Part shown: positions 46,537 to 55,193 of the stretch, one piece after another
How positions within the stretch are numbered: the first letter of the stretch is position 1
Layout: every line of letters starts with the position of its first letter
NCBI GenBank assembly: GCA_964649065.1
Contig: CAZYOL010000004.1
Location: 1 to 60,826 of the forward strand
Direction: 5' to 3'
DNA from: an uncultured Spirochaetales bacterium
GTDB lineage: Bacteria > Myxococcota_A > UBA9160 > SMWR01
Length of the DNA: 60,826 bases
Position numbers and translations under genes: made by a program
Notes under the pieces: generated by a model
The model's input: the letters and a program-made list of their open reading frames with translations, nothing else
What the model was told of the DNA's origin: nothing
Databases searched by the model: none

Positions 46537-47970
46537 TCAGAAGTGCGCGACCGGCGCGCCGGAGCCCGGGTGCAGGCTCAGCACCTCGGAGAAGCCGGCC
46601 AGCAGGCACTCCCCGAAGAGGGGCACGTCGGTGACCGCGGCCGGGTCGAGGTTTGCCCCGATGCAGCAGGTCTCGCCGTGGCTCACCAGGGTGATCATGG
46701 CGGCGCAGCCGGGCAGGGGGCCGAAGCCGTAGGAGCGCTCGATCTTCGCACCGGCCAGGTAGACGTCCTCGCGCAGGCCCGCGACGTTGCTCGCCTGGAG
46801 ATCGTTGTGCGCGGTCATGCCGCCGGCCACTGCGGCCAGCAGCGGCGGCGGCAGGCGCGCCAGGGCCGGCGCGAAGATCGACATGCCGTCGAGCGCGGGC
46901 TCGCTGCGCGCGGCCTTCACCAGCTCGTCGAGGGCGCGCATGCGCTCGACCGGATCGGCAATGCCGACGGGCCCGGCCAGGCGCGCGCCGGCGAAGTGGT
47001 TGCCGCCCTCGGCATCACCCTCGCGGCGAACGGAGATCGGGATGGCCATGGGCAGCTTCTCGATCGGACGGCCCCGCTTCTCGTGGTAGAGGCGGAAGCC
47101 GCCGAGCAGCGCCGCCAGGTAGGCGTCGTTCAACGTGGCTCCCGCCGCCTTCGAGGCGGCGCGCAGGTCGGCGAAGGCCACGTCGAGGGCGAGGAAGCGC
47201 CAGGACAGGCTGCGCCGGCGCAGCAGCGGTGAGCCCTGGGCGCCGGGGTCGGCGACCATGCGGGCCAGCGACGATCCGAAACGCAGCGCCCGGCCCGCGT
47301 TGTCGAAGGGCCGGGCGAGGGCCCCGGTCGAGCGCAGCGCCTTCCAGGCCAGGCCGGGAATCGCCCGCGCCTCGCGTCCCAGCTCCTCCAGCAGCAGGCC
47401 GACGGGCGTGGCGCGCTCGGGCGGGGGCGGGGGCGGCTGGGGCTTGTCGGGGTTCGTCTCGCGGCGGCGTGAGTGCAGCTGGGAGAGCAGCTGCACGGTT
47501 CCCAGTCCGTCGGTGGTCGAGTGGTGCATCTTCAGCAGGTGGGCGGCCCGTCCGTCGGGAAGGCCCTCGAAGAGCACCGCCTCCCAGGGCGAGCGCGCGC
47601 GGTCGAGCGGCGTCATGGCGATCTGCTCGCTGGCCTCCAGCAGCGCTGGCCAGCCGCCGCCCCGGGGCAGCCCGACCCGCCGCACGTGGTACAGCAGGTC
47701 GAAGTCCGGGTCGTTGACCCAGCGCGGGCTGCCGATGCCGAGGGCGGGCTCCACCACCTTCTGGCGGAAGCGCGGGACCATCCGCGTAGCCCAGTCGCAG
47801 GCCGCCAGGAAGCGCTCCCAGTCGGGCATGCAGTCGAGGATCTCGAGCCCGCAGATCGTCGAGCGCAGGCGGGGATCGACCTCGATGCGCCACATCAGGG
47901 CCTCGATCCCGTTCATCTCCCGCGACTCGCCCCAGTGGAGCCTCGCATCCCGGTCGCCGGCGCTCGTCAT
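46537..47970 (-). CDS. Wax ester synthase / diacylglycerol acyltransferase (WS/DGAT)
   Basis: HHSTTDG (HHxxxDG), PLDRARSPWE, TLNDAYLA, SNVAG. Confidence 0.93.
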   Translation of the reverse strand: MTSAGDRDARLHWGESREMNGIEALMWRIEVDPRLRSTICGLEILDCMPDWERFLAACDWATRMVPRFRQKVVEPALGIGSPRWVNDPDFDLLYHVRRVGLPRGGGWPALLEASEQIAMTPLDRARSPWEAVLFEGLPDGRAAHLLKMHHSTTDGLGTVQLLSQLHSRRRETNPDKPQPPPPPPERATPVGLLLEELGREARAIPGLAWKALRSTGALARPFDNAGRALRFGSSLARMVADPGAQGSPLLRRRSLSWRFLALDVAFADLRAASKAAGATLNDAYLAALLGGFRLYHEKRGRPIEKLPMAIPISVRREGDAEGGNHFAGARLAGPVGIADPVERMRALDELVKAARSEPALDGMSIFAPALARLPPPLLAAVAGGMTAHNDLQASNVAGLREDVYLAGAKIERSYGFGPLPGCAAMITLVSHGETCCIGANLDPAAVTDVPLFGECLLAGFSEVLSLHPGSGAPVAHF

Positions 47971-48185
47971 CGGCCGCTAGAGTACAACGTCGACTCGCGA
48001 GGTCCGGGCCCGCTTCGGGCCGGCCTCGATCGCGTCGATCCCCGGGTCGGCGGGCTGGTCTCCCCGGAAGCTCCAGGCGTAGAGATCCATGGCCTCGGCT
48101 GCCGGGATGGTCCATCGTCCGAGGGCAGCGGCGATCCGCGCGGTGCTCGCGGGCCCGGCAGCGGCTCGGGCGAGGGGACGGGGCT

Positions 48186-50672
48186 TTGAGAAGCGAAGAC
48201 TACGAGAGGCTCGGGGCCTTCTTCCTGGGCCGCGGCCTCGATCCGCAGACCGGTGAGGAGGCGGAAGGGCCGCTGCTCTACGACTCGCGGGACCTGACCA
48301 CCCACGCGGTGATCGTGGGCATGACCGGAAGCGGGAAGACCGGTCTCGCCATCGGGCTGCTCGAGGAGGCGCTGATCGACGGCATCCCGGTGATCGCCAT
48401 CGATCCGAAGGGCGATCTGGGAAACCTGCTCCTCAGCTTCCCGGAGCTCCGTCCGGAGGACTTCCGGCCGTGGATCGACGAGGGGGCGGCCGCCCGCGCG
48501 GGCCAGAGCCCCGACGCCTACGCGTCCGCGCAGGCGCGGCTGTGGAGGGAAGGCCTGGCCTCCTGGGGCCAGGGCGGGGATCGGATCGCCCGGCTCCACG
48601 CCGCGGGGGAGCGGCTGCTCTACACGCCGGGCAGCCAGGCGGGGCGGCCGCTGGGCATCCTGCGTTCCCTCGACGTGCCCGCGGCCGCCGAGCTCGGAGA
48701 CGTCGAAGCGCTGCGCGACCGCATCCGATCCTCGGTGTCGGGCCTTCTCGGTCTGCTGGGCATCGAGGCCGATCCGCTCCAGAGTCGCGAGCACGTCCTG
48801 CTCTCGAAGATCGTGGAACGCACGTGGCGCGAGGGGCGCGGCCTCGACCTCGCGACGCTGATCCGCCAGATCCAGAAGCCGCCCCTCGAGCGCATCGGGG
48901 TCCTGGATCTCGAGACCTTCTATCCGGCAGCAGATCGCATGCAGCTCGCCATGCGCCTCAACAACCTGCTCGCCTCGCCCGGCTTCGGCGCCTGGCTGGA
49001 AGGCGAGCCCCTCGACATCGGCCGCCTGCTGCGCGCGCCGGATGGGCGTCCGCGCCTCTCCGTCCTGTCGATCGCCCACCTCTCCGACGAAGAGCGCATG
49101 TTCGTCGTGACGCTGGTGCTCGGGCAGCTGCTCTCGTGGATGCGCGCCCAGTCCGGCTCCCAGACCCTGCGGGCCATCCTCTACATGGACGAGGTCTTCG
49201 GCTACTTTCCGCCGAGCGCCAATCCGCCCAGCAAGACGCCGATGCTGACGCTGCTGAAGCAGGCGCGTGCCTACGGGGTCGGCTGCGTTCTCGCGACCCA
49301 GAACCCGGTGGACCTCGACTACAAGGGCCTCTCCAACTGCGGGACCTGGATGCTCGGCCGCCTGCAGACCGAGCGCGACAAGGCGCGCGTCCTCGACGGC
49401 CTCGAGGGCGCGGCGAGCAGCTCACCGGGCGCCCTCGAGCGAGGGCAGATCGGAGAGATCCTGTCGCGGCTGGAGGGCCGGACCTTCCTGATGAACAACG
49501 TGCACGAGGACCACCCGGTGCTGTTCCGGACGCGCTGGGCGATGTCCTACCTCGCCGGGCCCCTGTCGCGCGCGCAGATCGAGCGGCTGGGCGAGGCGGC
49601 TCCACCGGCGCGGGACGAGCGGGAGGCCGCGCGGGAGCGCTCCGAAGCAGCGCTCCGACCGGCCGCGCAGGCCGTCGGGGCCACGCCCCGGGCGGACGAG
49701 CCGGTGCGCCCGATGGTGCCGGCGGTTGCGCGGGAGCGCTTCGTCCCCGTCACCCGAGCCGTGGGCGCGAGCGATCGGCTCCTCTATCGGCCGATTCTCC
49801 TCGGCGAGGTCACGGCTCACTACAGCCAGGCCCGGGCCCAGCTCGACGAATGGCTGAAGCACTTCGTCTGGGCCCCCCTGGAGCCCGAGCTCGAGGGCCC
49901 GCCCTGGGAGGGCGCTCGCCGTCTCGCCGCCGCTCCCGCGCTCGACTCGGAGCCGGAGGAGGGGGCTGGCTTCGCGCGGCTGCCGGGCGCCGCAGAACGG
50001 GAGAAGAGCTACGGGGCCTGGAGCCGGCAGCTGGCGAGCCACGTCTACCGGGAGTACCCGATCTGCCTGTTCCGTTCGAAGCAGCCGAGGCTCCTCTCCA
50101 GGCCGGGCGAGGAAGAGGGAAGCTTCCGGGGGCGGCTGGCCGACGCCCGGCGCGAGCTGCGGGATGCGCAGCTCGAGAAGCTGCGCAGGCGCTACGCCCC
50201 GAAGCTGGCCCGGCTGCAGGAGCGCATCGATCGCGCGAACGAGCGCGTCCTGCGCGAGCGGGCGCAGTACCAGGATCGCAGGACGCAGACCGTCCTCTCG
50301 GTCGGGGCCACGCTGGTGGGCGCGCTCTTCGGCCGCAAGCTCGCGAGCGCTCGAAACGTCGGGCGCGCCTCGAGCGCCCTCAAGGGTGCGAGCCGCACGG
50401 CACGCGAGCGGGCGGACGTCTCCCGGGCCGAGGCGCGGGTGGAGGAATGTCAGGAGAAGCTCGCGGCGCTCGAACGAGAATTCGAGGAGTCGCTCGAGGA
50501 GGTCGAGGACGTCGCCGCTGCCGAGGCAGCCGAGCTCGAGACGCTTCGGGTGAGGGCTCGCAGGAGCGCTCTCGAGGTCGACCGCCTGTCGCTCGTCTGG
50601 GTGCCCTTCCGCGTCGGTGCGTCGGGAGGGAGCGAGCGGATCGGGAGCCTGGAGCCCGACTCGAGGGCCTGA
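48186..50672 (+). CDS. HerA/FtsK-superfamily ATPase (DUF87/DUF853-like)
   Basis: LTTHAVIVGMTGSGKT Walker A, IDPKGD, LYMDE Walker B, ATQNPVDLDYK; C-terminal coiled coil. Confidence 0.88.
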   Translation: MRSEDYERLGAFFLGRGLDPQTGEEAEGPLLYDSRDLTTHAVIVGMTGSGKTGLAIGLLEEALIDGIPVIAIDPKGDLGNLLLSFPELRPEDFRPWIDEGAAARAGQSPDAYASAQARLWREGLASWGQGGDRIARLHAAGERLLYTPGSQAGRPLGILRSLDVPAAAELGDVEALRDRIRSSVSGLLGLLGIEADPLQSREHVLLSKIVERTWREGRGLDLATLIRQIQKPPLERIGVLDLETFYPAADRMQLAMRLNNLLASPGFGAWLEGEPLDIGRLLRAPDGRPRLSVLSIAHLSDEERMFVVTLVLGQLLSWMRAQSGSQTLRAILYMDEVFGYFPPSANPPSKTPMLTLLKQARAYGVGCVLATQNPVDLDYKGLSNCGTWMLGRLQTERDKARVLDGLEGAASSSPGALERGQIGEILSRLEGRTFLMNNVHEDHPVLFRTRWAMSYLAGPLSRAQIERLGEAAPPARDEREAARERSEAALRPAAQAVGATPRADEPVRPMVPAVARERFVPVTRAVGASDRLLYRPILLGEVTAHYSQARAQLDEWLKHFVWAPLEPELEGPPWEGARRLAAAPALDSEPEEGAGFARLPGAAEREKSYGAWSRQLASHVYREYPICLFRSKQPRLLSRPGEEEGSFRGRLADARRELRDAQLEKLRRRYAPKLARLQERIDRANERVLRERAQYQDRRTQTVLSVGATLVGALFGRKLASARNVGRASSALKGASRTARERADVSRAEARVEECQEKLAALEREFEESLEEVEDVAAAEAAELETLRVRARRSALEVDRLSLVWVPFRVGASGGSERIGSLEPDSRA

Positions 50673-50830
50673 GCCATTGCCCTCTGGACGAGGGCCCGGG
50701 CGAGCAGGGCTTCCTTGACGCGGGGCGCGAGCGTGCGACCCTCGCGCGGCCAGCCGCCCGACGCGAGCCCCCTCACCGATCCCTCGGACGGATCCCCTCA
50801 GCCATCCACTTCACGGACGGAGACCCCATC

Positions 50831-51235
50831 ATGATCGAAGCACTGCTCCGGGAGCACCGCGGCGAGCTCCTCGCCTCCCTGACCGGATCGGCCGGCCTCG
50901 AGGCGGGCCAGGCCGAGAGCCTGCTTCCCCCGGCCCTCGGCAGGATCGCCGAGGCCCTCGCCGGTGGGGGAGTGGACCTCGGCGAGCTGCTGGGCAGCGG
51001 GGGCGCTGGCGCGCTGCTCTCGAAGCTCGACATCGGCTCGATCGCGAGCCTCGCCGGGCTCGACGAGGCGACCACCCGAAATGGACTCGCGAGCCTGGTT
51101 CCCGTGGTGCTCCGGCTCCTCGAGGACGAGGCGGGTGGCGCGAAAGGCCTGCTCTCCATGCTCGGTGGCGGTGGCCAGGGCGGAGGTCTCGCCGGCGCGC
51201 TCGGCGGCATCGCCGGCAAGCTGCTCGACCGCTAG
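50831..51235 (+). CDS. Small Gly-rich helical protein (YidB/DUF937-like)
   Basis: GGAG RBS; GLASLVPVVL...GGLAGALGGIAGKLL. Confidence 0.6.
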   Translation: MIEALLREHRGELLASLTGSAGLEAGQAESLLPPALGRIAEALAGGGVDLGELLGSGGAGALLSKLDIGSIASLAGLDEATTRNGLASLVPVVLRLLEDEAGGAKGLLSMLGGGGQGGGLAGALGGIAGKLLDR

Positions 51236-51367
51236 CCGCCTTCGGCGCCTCCCGCAGCGCGGCATGCCCCGGCGCCCCTGCGAGGCGCGGATCGCTGCGG
51301 GTCGGACGGGTGACGCGGACGAGGGGATCGGCGACAATCGCGGGACCACCGGCGCCCAGGGAGGCCC

Positions 51368-51901
51368 ATGAGCCCGTCGTTCTACGATGTCAGCGTACGC
51401 ACCTACCTGCAGATCGTCGGCGCCACCGCCGGCTTCCTGGCCAAGGGCGCCGAGCACTTTGCTGCCCGGGGCATCGATCTTGCCGAGGTTGCCCGATCGC
51501 GCCTGCGCGACGACATGGCGACGCTGCAGTTCCAGGTCTTCTGTGTGGCGCACCACTCGATCGGCGCCCTCGAGGGGATGCAAGCGGGCGAGTTCCTGCC
51601 GCCCGCCGGCGACCGAGGCCTCGAGGGCTCGGAGCTCGAGTACGCCGACCTCCAGGCGCTGGTCGCCGAGACGGCGGACAAGCTGGCTGCGCTGGAGGAA
51701 GACGCGGTGAACGCGCTGGCGGACGGCAAGCTGGTCTTCAAGATCGGCGGCAACGAGCTGCCCTTCACGAATCCGAACTTCCTGCTCACGTTCTCGCTGC
51801 CGAACTTCTACTTCCACGCCACGACCGCCTACGACATCCTCCGCTCGAAGGGCGTCGACATCGGCAAGCGCGACTTCCTCGGCCGCATGCGGATTGGCTG
51901 A
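51368..51901 (+). CDS. DUF1993 domain protein
   Basis: RLRDDMATL, FSLPNFYFHATTAYDILR...GKRDFLG. Confidence 0.9.
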   Translation: MSPSFYDVSVRTYLQIVGATAGFLAKGAEHFAARGIDLAEVARSRLRDDMATLQFQVFCVAHHSIGALEGMQAGEFLPPAGDRGLEGSELEYADLQALVAETADKLAALEEDAVNALADGKLVFKIGGNELPFTNPNFLLTFSLPNFYFHATTAYDILRSKGVDIGKRDFLGRMRIG

Positions 51902-53075
51902 CGGGCGACGAAACGGCGAGGCCGCGGGAAGCCCGGAGCCCTGCATCCTCTACGGCTCCTACGCCTCCTATCACACGGCCAAGAGCCGGAGCTACCTGCG
52001 CAAGAAGGGCATCCCCTTCATCGAGCGGCCCCCCTGCGACCCCCGCTTCCGCGCACACGTGCGCCCGACGAGCGGGAGCCATCGTATTCCGCAGCTCGAG
52101 CTGCCCGGCGGTGAGGTGGTGCAGGATTCGGTCGCGATCTTCGACGCGCTCGAAGAGCGCCATCCGGATCCTGCAGCGCGACCATCGGGGGCGCTGCAGG
52201 GCTGGGCCTGTCGCGTCATCGAGGCGCTGGTCGACCCCGCGCTGCTCAGCATGGCGTGGCACTTCCGCTGGAACTTCCCCGAGGCGAACGCGGTCTTCGT
52301 GGGGCGCGAGTTCGGGCGCTCCTTCCGGAATCGGGGTGACGACGCCACGCTGGATCACTACGGCGCGGTGATCGCGGAGCGGATGGAGGGGCACCGCGGA
52401 TCGATCGGCCTGGCGGAGCAGCACCACGCCGCGCTGGACGCGCTCTACGACGACCTGCTCGGCCTCATGGAAGAGCACGTCACCACGCGCCCCTATCTCT
52501 TCGGCGGCCTGCCGAGCATCGCCGATCACGTGCTGATGGGCCCGCTCTTCGGCCATCTCGCCCGGGATCCCGAGCCGGCCAGGCGCATGAAGCAGAAGGC
52601 GCCGCGGGTTTTCCGCTGGACCGAGCACATGAACAGCCCCGAGCTCGTCTGGCCGGAGCTCTTCGACGAGCCGCCCGCCTTCCTGGAAGACGACGAGATT
52701 CCGGAGACCACGCGCTCACTCCTGCGCCTGCTCCTGGAGACCGCGTCCGAGCGCGTGGCGATCGCGGCGCAGCGCTTCGAAGCCTGGGTGGCCGAGCATC
52801 CCGAGCATCCGGCCCGCACAGCCATCTCGAAGAAGGCCGACGAGCCCGGCTTCGGCCGCGCCGTGACGGAGTTCCGAGGCGTGCCCCTGGACTCGATGGT
52901 GCCGGCTCAGCCGCTCTGGGTCTGGCAGCACGCCGTCGACTACCGCAGCAGGCTCGGCGAGGCCGATCGCGCGCGCTGCGACGCGCTGCTGACGGACCTC
53001 GGCGGGGCGGCCCTGGTGGATCTGCCCCTGCCGCGTCGGCTCTGTCGCGTGGCCCACAAGCTGGCGGTGGAGTAG
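51894..53075 (+). CDS. Glutathione S-transferase family protein
   Basis: SYHTAKSRSYLRKKGIPF, RIPQLE...QDS, WHFRW, YLFGGLPSIAD; overlaps the DUF1993 stop. Confidence 0.85.
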   Translation: MADGRRNGEAAGSPEPCILYGSYASYHTAKSRSYLRKKGIPFIERPPCDPRFRAHVRPTSGSHRIPQLELPGGEVVQDSVAIFDALEERHPDPAARPSGALQGWACRVIEALVDPALLSMAWHFRWNFPEANAVFVGREFGRSFRNRGDDATLDHYGAVIAERMEGHRGSIGLAEQHHAALDALYDDLLGLMEEHVTTRPYLFGGLPSIADHVLMGPLFGHLARDPEPARRMKQKAPRVFRWTEHMNSPELVWPELFDEPPAFLEDDEIPETTRSLLRLLLETASERVAIAAQRFEAWVAEHPEHPARTAISKKADEPGFGRAVTEFRGVPLDSMVPAQPLWVWQHAVDYRSRLGEADRARCDALLTDLGGAALVDLPLPRRLCRVAHKLAVE

Positions 53076-53184
53076 CGCCCTTCTGACGCGAGTCGCAGAG
53101 TCGTGGCCTCCAGGAAGCCGTAGCGTCCAAGGGGCCGATCGCACGGCGAGAGTCCGTCGGGGGGCGCGGTCAGGCGCCTCGGGC

Positions 53185-54057
53185 TCAGCGATCGAAGATG
53201 AACTTCTTCTCGATCCGCACGTTGCGGTGCGTCAGGTAGGGCTTGCTGAAGGGAACCTCGCCCCGGCCCTCGGGATCGCGATTGAACTTGTCGGCCTCGG
53301 GCGGCCACCTCGTATACAGCGCCTCGGCGGAGTTGTCCTCGATTCCGAAGCGCGGGAAGTACTCGCGATCGACGAAGAAGAGGTTGAAGCCTCCCGTGCT
53401 GTGTACCGGCTCGTAGCCCTTCTTCTTGCCGAGCTTGATCATCGAGGCGATGCTGGCTCCGGCGTAGTCGGTCCCATCCCAGTAGTTGAGGGGGTGGAAG
53501 TCGATCACCATGAGCTGCGGGGGTGGGAAGTAGGGGTTGATCTCGATCTGGACGACCTTCGGCCGAAAGTTGTGGATGACCTTCCAGACGTAGTAGTCGT
53601 TGCTGTCGATGTCGATGACGAGAAGGTCCAGATCCTCGGGCACGCCCGCCTCCTCGAAGAGGATCTCGACATTGCCGGGGTAGATCCAGGCCTGCAGCGT
53701 CTTCACCCGCGGAAGATCCGCGTAGTTCCGCTCGAGCTTCGCGATCAGCTTGGGGTCGCCCTCGATCAGCAGGCCGCTCCAGCCGTGGTTGACGAAGAGG
53801 TTGCGGGTATTGCTGAGCTCGAGGCCGTCGAAGGCGCCGAACTCGACCGCGTACTTCGAGGTGGGCTCGATCACCTCGAAGAGCTTCTCGATGACGCCGT
53901 CCTCGCCGTACTGGGAGAACACCGATCGCTCGTGATCCCTGAGGTCGACCGGCTCGGGCTGGGAGCACGCTGCGACGAGACAGGCAAGCGAGACCCAGGG
54001 GACGAGGGAGACGAAGACGACGGACAGGGCGAGCCGGGCGCGCGATCGGAGCTTCAT
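53185..54057 (-). CDS. FkbM-like (Methyltransf_21) protein with lipoprotein signal
   Basis: SQYGEDGVI, VEFGAFDG..SNT, GWSGLLIEG, DLLVIDIDSNDY, PKVVQIEIN; N-terminal TM followed by VAAC. Confidence 0.75.
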   Translation of the reverse strand: MKLRSRARLALSVVFVSLVPWVSLACLVAACSQPEPVDLRDHERSVFSQYGEDGVIEKLFEVIEPTSKYAVEFGAFDGLELSNTRNLFVNHGWSGLLIEGDPKLIAKLERNYADLPRVKTLQAWIYPGNVEILFEEAGVPEDLDLLVIDIDSNDYYVWKVIHNFRPKVVQIEINPYFPPPQLMVIDFHPLNYWDGTDYAGASIASMIKLGKKKGYEPVHSTGGFNLFFVDREYFPRFGIEDNSAEALYTRWPPEADKFNRDPEGRGEVPFSKPYLTHRNVRIEKKFIFDR

Positions 54058-54188
54058 CGCCGGGAGCCTAGGGAATCCCTGCAGAAGTCTCCTGCGGCTG
54101 GTAGAACACCATGCAGGGGGGAAGATGCAGAGGCAGCAGAGGTGGGTGTCGGTGGCCGGGAACCGGAAGGGCAGGGGGCCTGCAACTT

Positions 54189-54623
54189 CTATCCGCTCGG
54201 GTCCGGGCTGCGCCAGCGCAGCCCCGGGAAGCGCGCGTAGTCGCGGTCGGTGGTGATCCACTCGCAGCCCGACTCGATGGCGAGGGCTGCGAGGTAGGCA
54301 TCCGGCACGAGGTTTCCGCGTGCGTTCGCATCGCGGCACAGGCGCTCGAAGATCTCCCAGTGGCGGGAACCGGGCTCGATCCAGACGGCGCGCTCGCTCG
54401 TCCGTAGCGTCTCGGTGAAGGCGAGGGCGTCTTCGAGCGGATCCGGTGTCGCGAAGATGCGCGGATGGGTGACGACGCGCACGAAGCCGGCGAGGACGAT
54501 CCCGCTGAGTCCGAAGGCCTCGTCGCCGTCGAGGAGACCCAGTAGGAAGCCGCGGTGCAGCTCGTGCTGCGCGAGGTCGCTTCGGAAGGCGTAGACCAGC
54601 AGGTTCACGTCAGGCAGGACCAT
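54189..54623 (-). CDS. vapC: VapC PIN-domain toxin
   Basis: PDVNLLVYA, RVVTHPRIF, GNLVPDAYLAALAIE, TTDRDYARFPGL. Confidence 0.93.
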   Translation of the reverse strand: MVLPDVNLLVYAFRSDLAQHELHRGFLLGLLDGDEAFGLSGIVLAGFVRVVTHPRIFATPDPLEDALAFTETLRTSERAVWIEPGSRHWEIFERLCRDANARGNLVPDAYLAALAIESGCEWITTDRDYARFPGLRWRSPDPSG

Positions 54624-54861
54624 CGCGGTCCATCCGGTCGAGGAGGTCGGCGCTGTCGTCGAGGTCGACGCCGGGGCGCACGCCGCCGCCCGCGGCGCTC
54701 ACGGGGAGGTCGATCCGCTCGCGTTTCCGGCTCCTGCGCTGGCGGTCGAGCCACTCCCGGAGCGCTTCCTCGAGGATGGCCGTCAGCGTGGTGTCGCGCT
54801 GGGCGGCCAGCCGTTTCGCGCGGCGGAGCAGACCGTCCTCCATGCGCACGGTGGTCCTCAC
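54610..54861 (-). CDS. vapB: VapB ribbon-helix-helix antitoxin
   Basis: RTTVRMEDGLLRRAK...TLTAILEEALR...PGVDLDD; overlaps the vapC start. Confidence 0.88.
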   Translation of the reverse strand: MRTTVRMEDGLLRRAKRLAAQRDTTLTAILEEALREWLDRQRRSRKRERIDLPVSAAGGGVRPGVDLDDSADLLDRMDRDGPA

Positions 54862-54868
54862 CCCAGGT

Positions 54869-54907
54869 ACGATAACTGCAGACATAAATATGTCAAGCAT
54901 TCGATGC
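54869..54907 (-). promoter_or_regulatory. vapBC sigma70 promoter with palindromic operators
   Basis: TTGACA-N16-TATCGT-N7-GTG; palindromes GACATA-AA-TATGTC (54881-54894) and GCAT-TCG-ATGC (54897-54907). Confidence 0.75.
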
Positions 54908-55193
54908 CGAAACTTCGCGAAGCGACCCTGCGCGGAGCGCACCCGGGATTCGGAGCCGCGCGCAGATCGCGTAAGCCCTCGACAGTTCTAGAGAAATGAG
55001 TCGTGAGGGCCCGTCCCGGCTCTGCCCCGTTGCAGCCCTGAAACGTGGCGAAGCCCCTCATTGGGCCGAGCCTTCGAGGTGAAGCGGTCGAATCCGCGCG
55101 AGCCCCGGTCGTCTGTGACCGCGGTGAGTCCGTAGGCCAGGGCGCGCAGGCGGGACCAGGCACCCTCAAGGCCGTCCCGGCGCTGCGACCAGC

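Noticed and set aside
48186-50672. HerA-like ATPase as an anti-phage or conjugation component
   Set aside because: No partner nuclease, SIR2 or T4SS genes are adjacent; it looks like the widespread stand-alone DUF87/DUF853-type ATPase.
55060-55110. Second tRNA-like fragment (GCCTTCGAGG...GGTCGAATCC)
   Set aside because: Only a T-loop-like 9-mer matches; spacing and stems do not fit a tRNA.
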